Source: a virus (lineage: Duplodnaviria > Caudoviricetes). Taken from it: DNA of 39,564 nt. The notes under the pieces were generated by a model. That model was not told where the DNA came from and did no database searches. It worked only from the letters and a program-made list of their open reading frames with translations. Made by a program: the position numbers and the translations under genes. Positions 24,945 through 34,199 of the stretch are shown piece by piece. Within the stretch, counting starts at the first letter, position 1; each line of letters begins with the position of its first letter. The stretch lies in IMG/VR virus record IMGVR_UViG_3300032212_000058, positions 1 to 39,564 of that record, one strand, 5' to 3'.

Positions 24945-27242
24945 ATGCAGCTAATACCTGAAAGCGGTCTTGTCGGCACAGTGGCCTTGCGCGAAGCGCG
25001 GGCCACTGAGCTGGGTGCTGTGGTCGGCCTGGTTGAAAAAGCGCTGGCCGATGTGATCTTTCCTGGTCGACGTGAGGCTTATGTGAATGTTGCGGCGATG
25101 TATCCAGATCGCGCAGTTGTTCGTCGTGACGGCCGTCTTTATGCCTACCCCTACACCCTGGCTGATAACAATGTTGTTGAGTTGGGTCAGCCGACTGAAG
25201 TGGTTCAGGAGCATTTGCCTGTGACCTTGCGTGAGGCGCAAGGGGATTTTCTGGAGGCACAGAGTGAGCAGGGCTTGAAGTGGCGCATCCGCGTCATTCG
25301 AGCCGGTCTTTCAGGTAATCGCAATTTTTATCCTGACGTGGTGTTGCGCGAAGCTGCGGCCCTTTTTAATGGTGCCCGCGTGTTCGAGAAGTCGGATGAG
25401 GAGCACATCAAAGGCAAAGGCAAGTCCTTTAAACAGTTGGTTGGTCAGTTGAGCAATGCTGTCTTTGTCGAAGGTAAGTCTACCGATAGCGGTGAGATTC
25501 AGGCTGACCTGGACGTGCTGTCTTCTTCCGGTGATGCCCCTGCCAAGATGCTGGAAGCCTTTCAGCGTGGTATGGCCGGTCTGTTCGGTTTTTCCATTGA
25601 TGCCGACGGCAGCGCCAAGCGCGATAAAGGTCGTCGCGTCGCAACCAAGATTTCAAGAGTTAATTCCGTGGATTTGATCATTGAGCCTGGCGCTGGTGGC
25701 CAGCTGATCAATCTCATCGAAGCCATCAACCCCGAGGAGCAACACGATATGGCACTACGTGAACGAATGATCGAGGCCGTCAAAAAGGCCCACAAAGGAA
25801 GCCTGCCCGAGGGGCTGGATACTGAAAATGATGAAGCGCTGGAAGTCGCATACCGCGAAGCGCTGACGAATAACCCCGAGAGCGACGACACTGCAGGCAA
25901 ACCGGCGGCGGGTGCACCTGCCGTCGGCGATGTTGATCAGAAGATTCGCATGGTCGAAGCTCGCGCCGATATGAAAGTGGCAATTGCCGGTTCTGGCCTG
26001 CCTGATGTTAGTCAGTACCGCCTGCGCAACCAATTTAATACGTTGGAAAATTTCACCGAGGCACAGGTAGCAGAGGCCATTACCGCTGAGCGTGACTACC
26101 TGGCTAATTTTACCGAGTCTGGTCGCGTTTCCAATTTGGATGGTGGGCGTATTGAGGCTGGTGAGGATCGCTCTGAAAAAGTGACTGACATGCTGGATGC
26201 TTTCTTTGATCGAAGTCACAAAGACCATCGTAGTGTTCAATCGTTTAAAGAGTGTTATGTAGAGATCACCGGTGACAGTCGTGTGACAGGTGATTTGCGG
26301 AACTGTAATGCTGTGCGCATGCGTGAGGCGCTGGGTGGTGAAGCTGCTTTCCGCGAGGCAATCAGTTCCGGCACCTTTTCTAATGTGTTGGGTGATGCCA
26401 TTACTCGCGCCATGATTGCCGATTATCGGGTGGAAAGTAACTACGATGTTTATAAGGCACTAATTGGCTCGCCAGTTCCGGTCAATGACTTCCGCACCCA
26501 GGAACGTACTCGCTTTGGTGGTTATGGCGACCTGCCAGCAGTGGCGGAAAATGGCTCTTATGACCCGCTGTCATCACCGACTGATGAAAAGGCTACCTAC
26601 GCAGTAGGTAAAAAAGGCGGCACAGAAACTATCTCGCTTGAGACGATCAAGGATGATGATGTTGGCCTAGTTCGCCGGATACCGACCAAGCTGTCACGTG
26701 CGGCTAAGCGTACCCTGTCGAAGTTTGTGCTCGATTTTATTCGCCTCAACCCAACCATTTACGATGCCGCTGCATTGTTTCATGCCTCGCATAACAACCT
26801 GGGGGCAGCAGCCCTGAGCGGCGCAGCTGTCTCAGCTGGTCGCTTGGCGATGAAGAATCAGACCGAGCTGGATTCCGGTGACAAACTGAGTATCGGCCCA
26901 CGCTATTTGTGGGTGCCGGATGACCTGGAAGAGGCTGCGGTGGATATGTTCCGTCGCAATACCGAAAACGACAAGACCTTTGTCCAGTCGCTGACTCTGG
27001 AAGTGATGCCGGTGTGGTACTGGACGGATGCCAATGACTGGGCGCTGACTGCTGATCCATTTGATGTGCCGTTCATTGAGCTGGGCTTCCTGGATGGTAA
27101 TGAAGAGCCTGAGTTGTTTGTGCAGGACAATCCGTCACAAGGCTCGTTGTTCACCAACGATCAGATCAAGTACAAGATTCGCCACATCTATGGCGGAAAC
27201 GCGCTTGACTTCCGCCCTGCTTACAAGTCGGTCGTAGTTTAA
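24945..27242 (+). CDS. Fused prohead protease-scaffold-major capsid protein (Mu gpT-like C-terminus)
   Basis: Protease-like GLSGNRNFYP, GFSID and SVDLIIEPGAGG. Capsid-like ISLETIKDDD, LFHASHNN and YKIRHIYG. Confidence 0.85.
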   Translation: MQLIPESGLVGTVALREARATELGAVVGLVEKALADVIFPGRREAYVNVAAMYPDRAVVRRDGRLYAYPYTLADNNVVELGQPTEVVQEHLPVTLREAQGDFLEAQSEQGLKWRIRVIRAGLSGNRNFYPDVVLREAAALFNGARVFEKSDEEHIKGKGKSFKQLVGQLSNAVFVEGKSTDSGEIQADLDVLSSSGDAPAKMLEAFQRGMAGLFGFSIDADGSAKRDKGRRVATKISRVNSVDLIIEPGAGGQLINLIEAINPEEQHDMALRERMIEAVKKAHKGSLPEGLDTENDEALEVAYREALTNNPESDDTAGKPAAGAPAVGDVDQKIRMVEARADMKVAIAGSGLPDVSQYRLRNQFNTLENFTEAQVAEAITAERDYLANFTESGRVSNLDGGRIEAGEDRSEKVTDMLDAFFDRSHKDHRSVQSFKECYVEITGDSRVTGDLRNCNAVRMREALGGEAAFREAISSGTFSNVLGDAITRAMIADYRVESNYDVYKALIGSPVPVNDFRTQERTRFGGYGDLPAVAENGSYDPLSSPTDEKATYAVGKKGGTETISLETIKDDDVGLVRRIPTKLSRAAKRTLSKFVLDFIRLNPTIYDAAALFHASHNNLGAAALSGAAVSAGRLAMKNQTELDSGDKLSIGPRYLWVPDDLEEAAVDMFRRNTENDKTFVQSLTLEVMPVWYWTDANDWALTADPFDVPFIELGFLDGNEEPELFVQDNPSQGSLFTNDQIKYKIRHIYGGNALDFRPAYKSVVV

Positions 27243-27266
27243 GAACACCTGGCGGTGGTAGCTCTT

Positions 27267-27295
27267 GAGTTGGGTGAGTGACATTTACCCAGCTC
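27267..27295 (+). terminator. Stem-loop after the capsid gene (attenuator or mRNA stabiliser)
   Basis: GAGTTGGGTGAG/TTTACCCAGCTC pair with G-U wobbles; no U-tract. Confidence 0.4.
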
Positions 27296-27446
27296 TGCAG
27301 AACAGGGCAAAAACTAGTGAGTGGAGATGCACTGAAGCTTGCTTTTTTCAAAAGGGACAATGATGAAGACGTTAATTCTGAAATTGAGTTTGGCGCTGAT
27401 GCTGCTTGTCAGCGGGCCAACTTGGGCAACAGTGGGAGATGATGCG

Positions 27447-28121
27447 GTGGCTTTAATCGATTATCAAAATCTGGTGGACAATCTGGTGCAGGATGACGCA
27501 GGCAAATTGGACGTCGACGATCGTGACACGGCTATTGCTTTGGCGGTTATTCGCTACAGCAAGGACCGACCTGATTCTGTCGTTGAAGATGTGGCGTCTA
27601 CAGGCGGTCACTATATCGTCTTGCCGACAGGTTGGGCTGATGACAGTTCAATGGTTCAGTCGCTGGAATATCCGATCGGTAATGTGCCACCTGCCTATGT
27701 GAATGGCAGTTGGGTATATCGAGCCCCGGGTGATGTGGTGCAGATTGGCATCCCGCTGGCGTTGTCTGCGGGAGAGCAGGTGCGAGTGATGCACACCAAA
27801 CCCCATCTGCTGGATGGCGTGAACGATACAATCCCGGACCGAGATCGAGAGGCGATCGCCAGTTATGCAGCGGCGATTTTGTATGACCAATTAGCAGCCT
27901 TCTACTCTGGCGATTCTGACTCAACCATTCAGGCCGATGGTGTAGACCACGGTGATAAGTCAAGCCGCTTTGCGGCACGTGCAAACAAGTTGCGTAAACG
28001 CTATTTCGATGAATTGGGCATTGATCCCAAACGATTGGTGGCGCACAGCGTGACGGTGGATCTGGATATGGCTAATTCACGTGGCCGTGATCGCCTGACT
28101 CACTCTGGACGTTTTCGTTAA
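27447..28121 (+). CDS. Putative head-tail adaptor
   Basis: Position after the capsid gene. GTG start with GGAG RBS; alternative ATG at 27360. Confidence 0.65.
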   Translation: MALIDYQNLVDNLVQDDAGKLDVDDRDTAIALAVIRYSKDRPDSVVEDVASTGGHYIVLPTGWADDSSMVQSLEYPIGNVPPAYVNGSWVYRAPGDVVQIGIPLALSAGEQVRVMHTKPHLLDGVNDTIPDRDREAIASYAAAILYDQLAAFYSGDSDSTIQADGVDHGDKSSRFAARANKLRKRYFDELGIDPKRLVAHSVTVDLDMANSRGRDRLTHSGRFR

Positions 28122-28621
28122 TGGATATCAGCCTCTCAGTTGAAGGCCTTGCTGAACTCCAGGCGCTATGGCGCAGCGCACCGGATGTGGTGCAGGACGA
28201 GTTAATCAGCGGCGCCTGGGAGGCTGAACTTTTACTGGAGCGTGAAATTAAAGAAGCGACTCCGGTAGGTGCGACCGGTGCATTATCTCAATCGATTGGG
28301 GCGCATACCCCGCAGGTCTTTGGCAACAAGGTGATCGGCGCGGTTGGCACCAGCCTGGCGCATGCAGTGCCAGTTGAATTAGGGACCAAACCACATATGC
28401 CGCCTATTGAACCGCTGGTGGATTGGGTTAAGGCAAAACTTGATTTGCATGGCCGGGAGGCCTACGGCGTAGCCAAGATGATTCAGTACAAGATTGCCGC
28501 TCGTGGAACTAAAGGTGCTCGCATGTTTAATCGTACCTTTGCAGCACAGCGTGGCCAGGTGAATCGAATATATCAGCGAGCCCACGGCCGCGTGATTGAA
28601 CGACTGGGAACACTGCACTGA
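28121..28621 (+). CDS. HK97 gp10-like neck / tail-completion protein
   Basis: TPVGATGALSQSI, VELGTKPH, GTKGARMF. Confidence 0.8.
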   Translation: MDISLSVEGLAELQALWRSAPDVVQDELISGAWEAELLLEREIKEATPVGATGALSQSIGAHTPQVFGNKVIGAVGTSLAHAVPVELGTKPHMPPIEPLVDWVKAKLDLHGREAYGVAKMIQYKIAARGTKGARMFNRTFAAQRGQVNRIYQRAHGRVIERLGTLH

Positions 28622-29079
28622 TGGCAGGCACGACTGATCAAATCCGCGCCAAGATTCAAGAAAAGATGTTGCGCATTGAGAACGTTGGCCAGGTGCATGC
28701 CTATGAACGCTATGCCAAGAGCAACAACAAGCTGTTGGAGTTTTACCAGCACCAAAATAATTTGCGTGGTTGGCATATTCGCCGGATACAGCAGCAACGT
28801 GTTAGCCCTGAGATTGGTCGGTGGACTGTTACCACCCGTTGGAATATTCGTGGTTTTTTATCGCTGAACGATGACAGCCAAACCGAACAGGCAATGGACA
28901 ACCTGGTGGATTTGATTGTGGCTGAGTTTCAGCCTGATGAAGATTTAGAAGGCCTGGTTGATTGCACCACGGTGGGTAATGAAAGCGGCATTCAACTGGA
29001 AGACAGTGGCCCCTATATGTTTGCAAATGTGCTTTGCCACGGTGTGCGCCTGGCGTTGGTCACGCGGCATTACGAATGA
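28621..29079 (+). CDS. Putative tail terminator
   Basis: Size and synteny; VHAYERY and FANVLCH motifs. Confidence 0.65.
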   Translation: MAGTTDQIRAKIQEKMLRIENVGQVHAYERYAKSNNKLLEFYQHQNNLRGWHIRRIQQQRVSPEIGRWTVTTRWNIRGFLSLNDDSQTEQAMDNLVDLIVAEFQPDEDLEGLVDCTTVGNESGIQLEDSGPYMFANVLCHGVRLALVTRHYE

Positions 29080-29255
29080 ACGAGAGTGAGCAACACGAGC
29101 ATCAGCTCAACAGCTTAGCTAAGCACTTTGTTGAGCGCGGCAATTCTGCTCATGGCATGTGGCAACGGATGTGCAACAAGAATGGCCAGGTCTGGGAGCA
29201 GGATATGAAGCGCCGGATTAAAGAACAGCAACTGAGAGGAAACGGCAATGGCTAG
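29076..29255 (+). CDS. Small hypothetical protein
   Basis: ATGA-coupled to the previous gene. Confidence 0.5.
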   Translation: MNESEQHEHQLNSLAKHFVERGNSAHGMWQRMCNKNGQVWEQDMKRRIKEQQLRGNGNG

Positions 29256-29427
29256 TGGTGGTAGTTACATCATCGACAAAGATGGCAAAACACGGCAGGT
29301 CGGTGGCACAGCCGATCACCCCGATGGCAATTGCGCCCGTGATGCTGAGGGCAAACCACGTACGCCACGAGCCGTGGATGTGAACAAGGCCAAAACTAAG
29401 AGCCAAGGCAAGAGCGGAGATAAATAA
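29248..29427 (+). CDS. Small hypothetical protein (59 aa, MASGGSYIIDKDGK...)
   Basis: Hand-translated; GAGG RBS; TAATG overlap with the tail tube gene. Confidence 0.65.
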   Translation: MASGGSYIIDKDGKTRQVGGTADHPDGNCARDAEGKPRTPRAVDVNKAKTKSQGKSGDK

Positions 29428-30353
29428 TGTTTAAGTTTCGCAAACGAGTAATTGCTGCCGACGCAGAAGGCACCTATGGCGCAGACGCTACGCCAACTGC
29501 GGCGCTGAATGCCATGCAGGTGAGCAACTTTGAATTGACGTCAATGGAACTGGAAACGGTCGAGCGTGATTATGTAGGTCTGGGTCTGGGTTCGCGCTTG
29601 AAACAAATCGTCGACACCAAAGTAATGGCCTCGTTTGAGGTTGACCTGGCGGCATCCGGCACTGTTGGTGTGGCACCGGCCTGGGGGCCGTTGATGCGTG
29701 GCTGTGGTATGGCTCAAGCGGTCAATGTTGGTGTTGATGTGCGCTTTACCGAGGTCGACGAAAACGAAGAGTCGATCACTATCTATGTCTGGCTAGGGCC
29801 AAACCTGCATCCTATCACTGGCCTGCGTGGCAGCTGGGGCTACAAGGTCAATGCCAAACAGCCAACGATGATAACGATGAGCTTTGAAGGCCTATTTGGT
29901 GCGCCGGTCAATGCAACACATCCAACCGCTGACTTTAGCGCTTGGAAGCGTGCCCTGGTAGCAAACACCAGTAACACCACCTTGTCTATTCATGGCAACA
30001 ACCATGTCTTTGCCGAGTTGAGTTATGACCACGCCAATCAGATCACCAAGCCTGCCCTGGTCGGCCGCGAAGAGATCCAGATTAACGATCGCACGCCGAG
30101 CGGCTCGGTGAAGATCGAGGCACCCGATGTCGCAACGCTGGATTATTACAGCATCATCGCTGCTGAAACGCTTGGCTTAGTGCAAGTGGTGCACGGCACC
30201 ACGGCTGGCCAGATCGTGACCATTCAACATCCGCAAACCCAGCTGTTGAGCCCGGGCGAAAGTGAGCTTGAAGGTATCGCTATGCTGGATATGGGGCTGA
30301 ACCCCATCCCATCCGTTGCAGGTAATGATTCAACCGAAATTATTTTGACTTAA
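29427..30353 (+). CDS. Major tail tube protein (non-contractile tail)
   Basis: E.TYG.D N-terminus and PAWGPLMRGCG; precedes chaperones and tape measure; no sheath gene. Confidence 0.8.
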   Translation: MFKFRKRVIAADAEGTYGADATPTAALNAMQVSNFELTSMELETVERDYVGLGLGSRLKQIVDTKVMASFEVDLAASGTVGVAPAWGPLMRGCGMAQAVNVGVDVRFTEVDENEESITIYVWLGPNLHPITGLRGSWGYKVNAKQPTMITMSFEGLFGAPVNATHPTADFSAWKRALVANTSNTTLSIHGNNHVFAELSYDHANQITKPALVGREEIQINDRTPSGSVKIEAPDVATLDYYSIIAAETLGLVQVVHGTTAGQIVTIQHPQTQLLSPGESELEGIAMLDMGLNPIPSVAGNDSTEIILT

Positions 30354-30378
30354 ACCAACCACAGCCAGAGGAACTGCA

Positions 30379-30696
30379 ATGTTTACATTTTTGGAAGACG
30401 AAAGTGATTTGACCTTTAAGAGCAAGGTGACAGTAAACCATCCGGCGCATGGTAAGCAGCAGCTCACTGCTGAGTTCGCGGTGGTCGAGCAAAATGAGTT
30501 GGAAGAGCTGAGCAAAGATGATGCCGCATTGTTGAGTCGGGTGTTTGTTGGGGTTGAGGGTGTGCGCGATGTTGACAAACAAACGATTGAATTTAACGAT
30601 CAGTTGAAGTGCGCAATGATTCGCCGGCCATATGTGCGCACTGCATTGTCAGTGCAATACATGAAGGACATTCAGGGGTTTAGACAGGGAAACTAA
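30379..30696 (+). CDS. Tail assembly chaperone
   Basis: Lies between tube and tape measure genes; ends in slippery GGGAAAC-TAA. Confidence 0.8.
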   Translation: MFTFLEDESDLTFKSKVTVNHPAHGKQQLTAEFAVVEQNELEELSKDDAALLSRVFVGVEGVRDVDKQTIEFNDQLKCAMIRRPYVRTALSVQYMKDIQGFRQGN

Positions 30697-31061
30697 TTGC
30701 CGCTGCGAGGCACTGGGTAAGGTGCTGTCAGGTCAATAGCGGCGGCGAGAAACAAGTTGAGGATGACCTGCAGAAATGGGGGGCATCAATCGAGCAAATC
30801 GAGACTTGGGGCGGTGATGAGTTTGATCATGAACCGGAATTGTTCGAGGTCTTCCCCCAGTGCCGTGATGCGGTGTTGTTGTTTTGCCGATTACAGACAT
30901 CCTGGCGGCTAGGCCCATCCGGGCATGTGTTGGGGTTGGATTATTGCCAGGTCAAAGTGAAAATGCAGTCCATACAGCGCTGGCCGGATGATTTGCTTTT
31001 GCAGGATTTGGAATTGATGGAATTGTCTGCACTCGAAGCGTGGGACCCGCAAAATGAATGA
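30687..31061 (+). CDS. -1 frameshift extension of the tail chaperone (DUF1799-like)
   Basis: The -1 frame is open from GGG at 30687 into the 30840-31061 ORF (TSWR...GLDY...ME..AL). Confidence 0.8.
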   Translation, partial: GKLIAAARHWVRCCQVNSGGEKQVEDDLQKWGASIEQIETWGGDEFDHEPELFEVFPQCRDAVLLFCRLQTSWRLGPSGHVLGLDYCQVKVKMQSIQRWPDDLLLQDLELMELSALEAWDPQNE

Positions 31062-33432
31062 TCTTGTTTTATCGGTACGATTAACGGCCGACGGAAAAGG
31101 GCTGGTTGAGGTTGTTGGCGAAGGCGCTGACAGCTTTAATAAGTTCGACAAGTCTGTTGATCGATCATCTACGACGGCACGCAAAGCGGCAAAATCCAAT
31201 GATCAGTTGGGTAAGAGTGCAGGCAAACTCAATGGCATGTATAAAAAACTTGCTGGCACTCTGTTGACAGTAGGTGCTGGCTATCTTGGTCTGCAAAAGG
31301 GCCGTGAATTGATCAAGGCTTTTGAGGCACAGGAGCAGTCAGCCGCGGCACTGGATCAATCTATCCTTTCAATGGGGCGTACTACCGAAGGTTTATCAAA
31401 ACAGTTGCAGGATCTGGCCAGCCAGATCCAGGCAGATGGCATTATCGGTGATGAGGCCATCATCAAAGGGCAGTCCTTCCTCACTACCTACGGTGCCATT
31501 ACCGACAAGTTGTTGCCGCGTACTACACGCCTGATGGCCGATCTGGCAGCGAAGATGGGCGGTGATACGGTGAGTGCTGCCAATCTGCTTGGCAAAGCCT
31601 CGATGGGCATGACTGGTGAGTTGTCACGCATTGGTATCACCCTGTCGGAAACAGCCAAGTCCACCAAAGATTTTGAATTGATTCTGTCTGAGATTGAGCA
31701 ACAGGCTGGCGGTATGAACGCTGCTCTTTCGCAGACAGCAACAGGTGGTATCAAGCAGTATGAAAATGCCTGGGGCGATGTAGAAGAGCAACTCGGACAG
31801 ATTCTGGCTATCGCTATTAGCCCCTATCTGCGAGACATGAGTGATGACCTGGCAATTAGTGAGGAGCGAGTACAAGCCCTTGGAGAGATGCTGCATGATG
31901 GCATTGCAATCGGTACCGGCGCAGTGGCCGGACTATCGACAGCGATCGCGGTGAAGATGGTTGTCAGCATGGCTGCTTGGACCACAGCAACAATTAGACA
32001 GGCGCATGCCACAGCGGGACTCACTTCCGCGCTGGGCGCGCAAACTCGGCAAGTTACAGCAGCAACAGCAGCCCAAGCACTCTATACCGCAGGCGCATCG
32101 AGAATGATGGGTGTTGTGCGGCTGTTAGGTGGTCCGGCTGGTTTTGTCTTGACGGCGGCTTCGGCAATTGGTGTCTGGGCGTTGGCCTCACGGGAAGCTG
32201 CAAATGATACGAGCTTTCTGAATGACGAGACAGAAAAGCTAGCGGGCACGATGGACAAGGCTGCACAGTCCAAAGTGGTAAATCAGATTGCTGCCGTTAC
32301 GGAAGAAATTAATCGTCGCCGAGTGGCTATTGAGGGTTATCGCAAAGGTTTGGCGGGTGCCGGTGTTGAGGCTGGTGGTGAGAGACAGTCTGCCCTGTTG
32401 AATAAGCTGGTTAAACAAGAACAAGAAAATATCAAAGGACTGAATGATCAGCTTGTGATGCTGCAACGCACCCGCCGTGAAGAAATTCAGCATCAGATCA
32501 TCATGTCGGAAAAGGCCGAGACTTATGGTCAACGCATGTTTGAACTGGCGCGGCTGGCATACCCTGAAGCCACTCAGTCCGCTGAGGAATACGGTGAAGC
32601 TCAAGCAGCCGTTGCCCGTAAATGGCTGGCCAGCCAGGAAAGTGCTGAAGCCTACGGGGCGCGGATGGCCAAATTGGCGCGTGAACTATACCCAGAGGCA
32701 ACGGAAACCGCTGAGGCCTATGGAAATCGGATGTTTGATTTGGCCCGCCTGGCATATCCAGAGGCGACCGAATCTGCTGAAGAATACGGCCATAGGATGG
32801 CTGCAGTTGCCCAACAACAACTGGCTTTCATTGAAGCGTCAAAACAAAACGCCTTGGAATGGTCAGATGCATGGACGTCTGCGGGGAATAGGTTTGCTGC
32901 AGGAATAGGAGATTCTACAGCGTCCGCAATACTCGAACAAAAGAACTTTGGCGACGCTATGAATGCTGTGGCGAGAGGTGCCGTTCACTCTGTCATTAGC
33001 GGATTGGTTGAGATAGGTGTGAAAAAAGTCGCAATGTCTTTATTGAGCAAAACACTGATGGCCCAAGAAACAGCGGCGAGTTCGGCAGCTGCAGCAGCGA
33101 CAGCTGCGGCATGGGGGCCAGCTGCAGCAGCTACGTCGGTTGCGTCATTCGGTTCAGCTGCTGCGATTGGTGGAGCGGCCCTGTTGGCAGCCTTTGCAAT
33201 TTCAAAAACATTATTTGGTGGAAGTGAAAGTGGCGGTGGATCCACTGCTGCACCACCAGCGTCAGCAGCTAACCAGCCGTCTTATGTTCCTTCTTTATCT
33301 GCTAACCAAAACTTTCGCCCCATGCAGCAAGTCACCAACTATTACATCTACGGCAACGTGGTCGAACATGAGTCGATGGCGCGTGATATGCGAGCGGCTA
33401 ATCAGCAACTTGAAGAACGGGATCTGCTCTGA
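31054..33432 (+). CDS. Tape measure protein
   Basis: 792 aa, Ala-rich and helical, follows the chaperones. Confidence 0.9.
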   Translation: MNDLVLSVRLTADGKGLVEVVGEGADSFNKFDKSVDRSSTTARKAAKSNDQLGKSAGKLNGMYKKLAGTLLTVGAGYLGLQKGRELIKAFEAQEQSAAALDQSILSMGRTTEGLSKQLQDLASQIQADGIIGDEAIIKGQSFLTTYGAITDKLLPRTTRLMADLAAKMGGDTVSAANLLGKASMGMTGELSRIGITLSETAKSTKDFELILSEIEQQAGGMNAALSQTATGGIKQYENAWGDVEEQLGQILAIAISPYLRDMSDDLAISEERVQALGEMLHDGIAIGTGAVAGLSTAIAVKMVVSMAAWTTATIRQAHATAGLTSALGAQTRQVTAATAAQALYTAGASRMMGVVRLLGGPAGFVLTAASAIGVWALASREAANDTSFLNDETEKLAGTMDKAAQSKVVNQIAAVTEEINRRRVAIEGYRKGLAGAGVEAGGERQSALLNKLVKQEQENIKGLNDQLVMLQRTRREEIQHQIIMSEKAETYGQRMFELARLAYPEATQSAEEYGEAQAAVARKWLASQESAEAYGARMAKLARELYPEATETAEAYGNRMFDLARLAYPEATESAEEYGHRMAAVAQQQLAFIEASKQNALEWSDAWTSAGNRFAAGIGDSTASAILEQKNFGDAMNAVARGAVHSVISGLVEIGVKKVAMSLLSKTLMAQETAASSAAAAATAAAWGPAAAATSVASFGSAAAIGGAALLAAFAISKTLFGGSESGGGSTAAPPASAANQPSYVPSLSANQNFRPMQQVTNYYIYGNVVEHESMARDMRAANQQLEERDLL

Positions 33433-34199
33433 TGTCAGCACCAGCGGAGCTGCTCTGCGACAATCGTTTTGCAGATGGTGCAATTACAGCCACCACCACG
33501 GCGGCGGGATATGACGCGGCCAATATAGCCAGTCTGCGCACGGCTGAGCAATGGCTGTCCGCTGATACAACAACTCAATACCTGACGGTTGATTGCGGCG
33601 CGGTTAAATCTGCCGATGGTTTTGGTTTGATCAGCAATCTGCACCTGGTCGGCGCTTCGGTTGCTGTTGAATGTTCTGCCGATAATTTTGCTGCAGATAC
33701 TACGATCGCTTATCCAGCCACAGCTGTAACTCAATCGGTGATGTTTCCCTCGTTCGCTAATCAGGATAAGCAGCAGTGGCGCTTGGCCATCACCGGCCTG
33801 ACAGCGCCGGGGCAGATATTGAAAGCCTCTATTGGTCAACGGTTTGTCTTTGATGGTCCTATTGAGGGTGAGTTCTCTCCTGCAGTTGAGCATGTCATGC
33901 CCGCGAATGGCCTGCCGGACAAAGGCCAAGTGTTGGAGCTGCTGGCTGCGTACACCAGGTTGTCTGCTCGAGCGCGCTTTAGTCTGGTGGATGATGTTTG
34001 GTATCGAGAAACTTTCTTGCCTGTTTGGGATAGTTGGTTGATCAAATTCAAGCCGTTTTTCTGGGCACCTAATCGCACGTTGCGCCCTGATGATGCGTAT
34101 TGGATGTGGGTTGACCCCGCCGTAGTGTTGGATGCGGCTTACCACCCCAGAACGTGGAAGCGCAGGTTTGAACTGCCGTTGCAGGGGGTGAAGCTGTGA
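33432..34199 (+). CDS. Tail tip / distal tail-like protein
   Basis: Follows the tape measure gene; paralogous to the N-terminus of the next gene. Confidence 0.7.
   Translation: MSAPAELLCDNRFADGAITATTTAAGYDAANIASLRTAEQWLSADTTTQYLTVDCGAVKSADGFGLISNLHLVGASVAVECSADNFAADTTIAYPATAVTQSVMFPSFANQDKQQWRLAITGLTAPGQILKASIGQRFVFDGPIEGEFSPAVEHVMPANGLPDKGQVLELLAAYTRLSARARFSLVDDVWYRETFLPVWDSWLIKFKPFFWAPNRTLRPDDAYWMWVDPAVVLDAAYHPRTWKRRFELPLQGVKL

Noticed and set aside
33435-34145. 236-aa - strand ORF and the many other shadow ORFs in the track
   Set aside because: They lie antisense or out of frame to well-supported phage genes and have no recognisable motifs.
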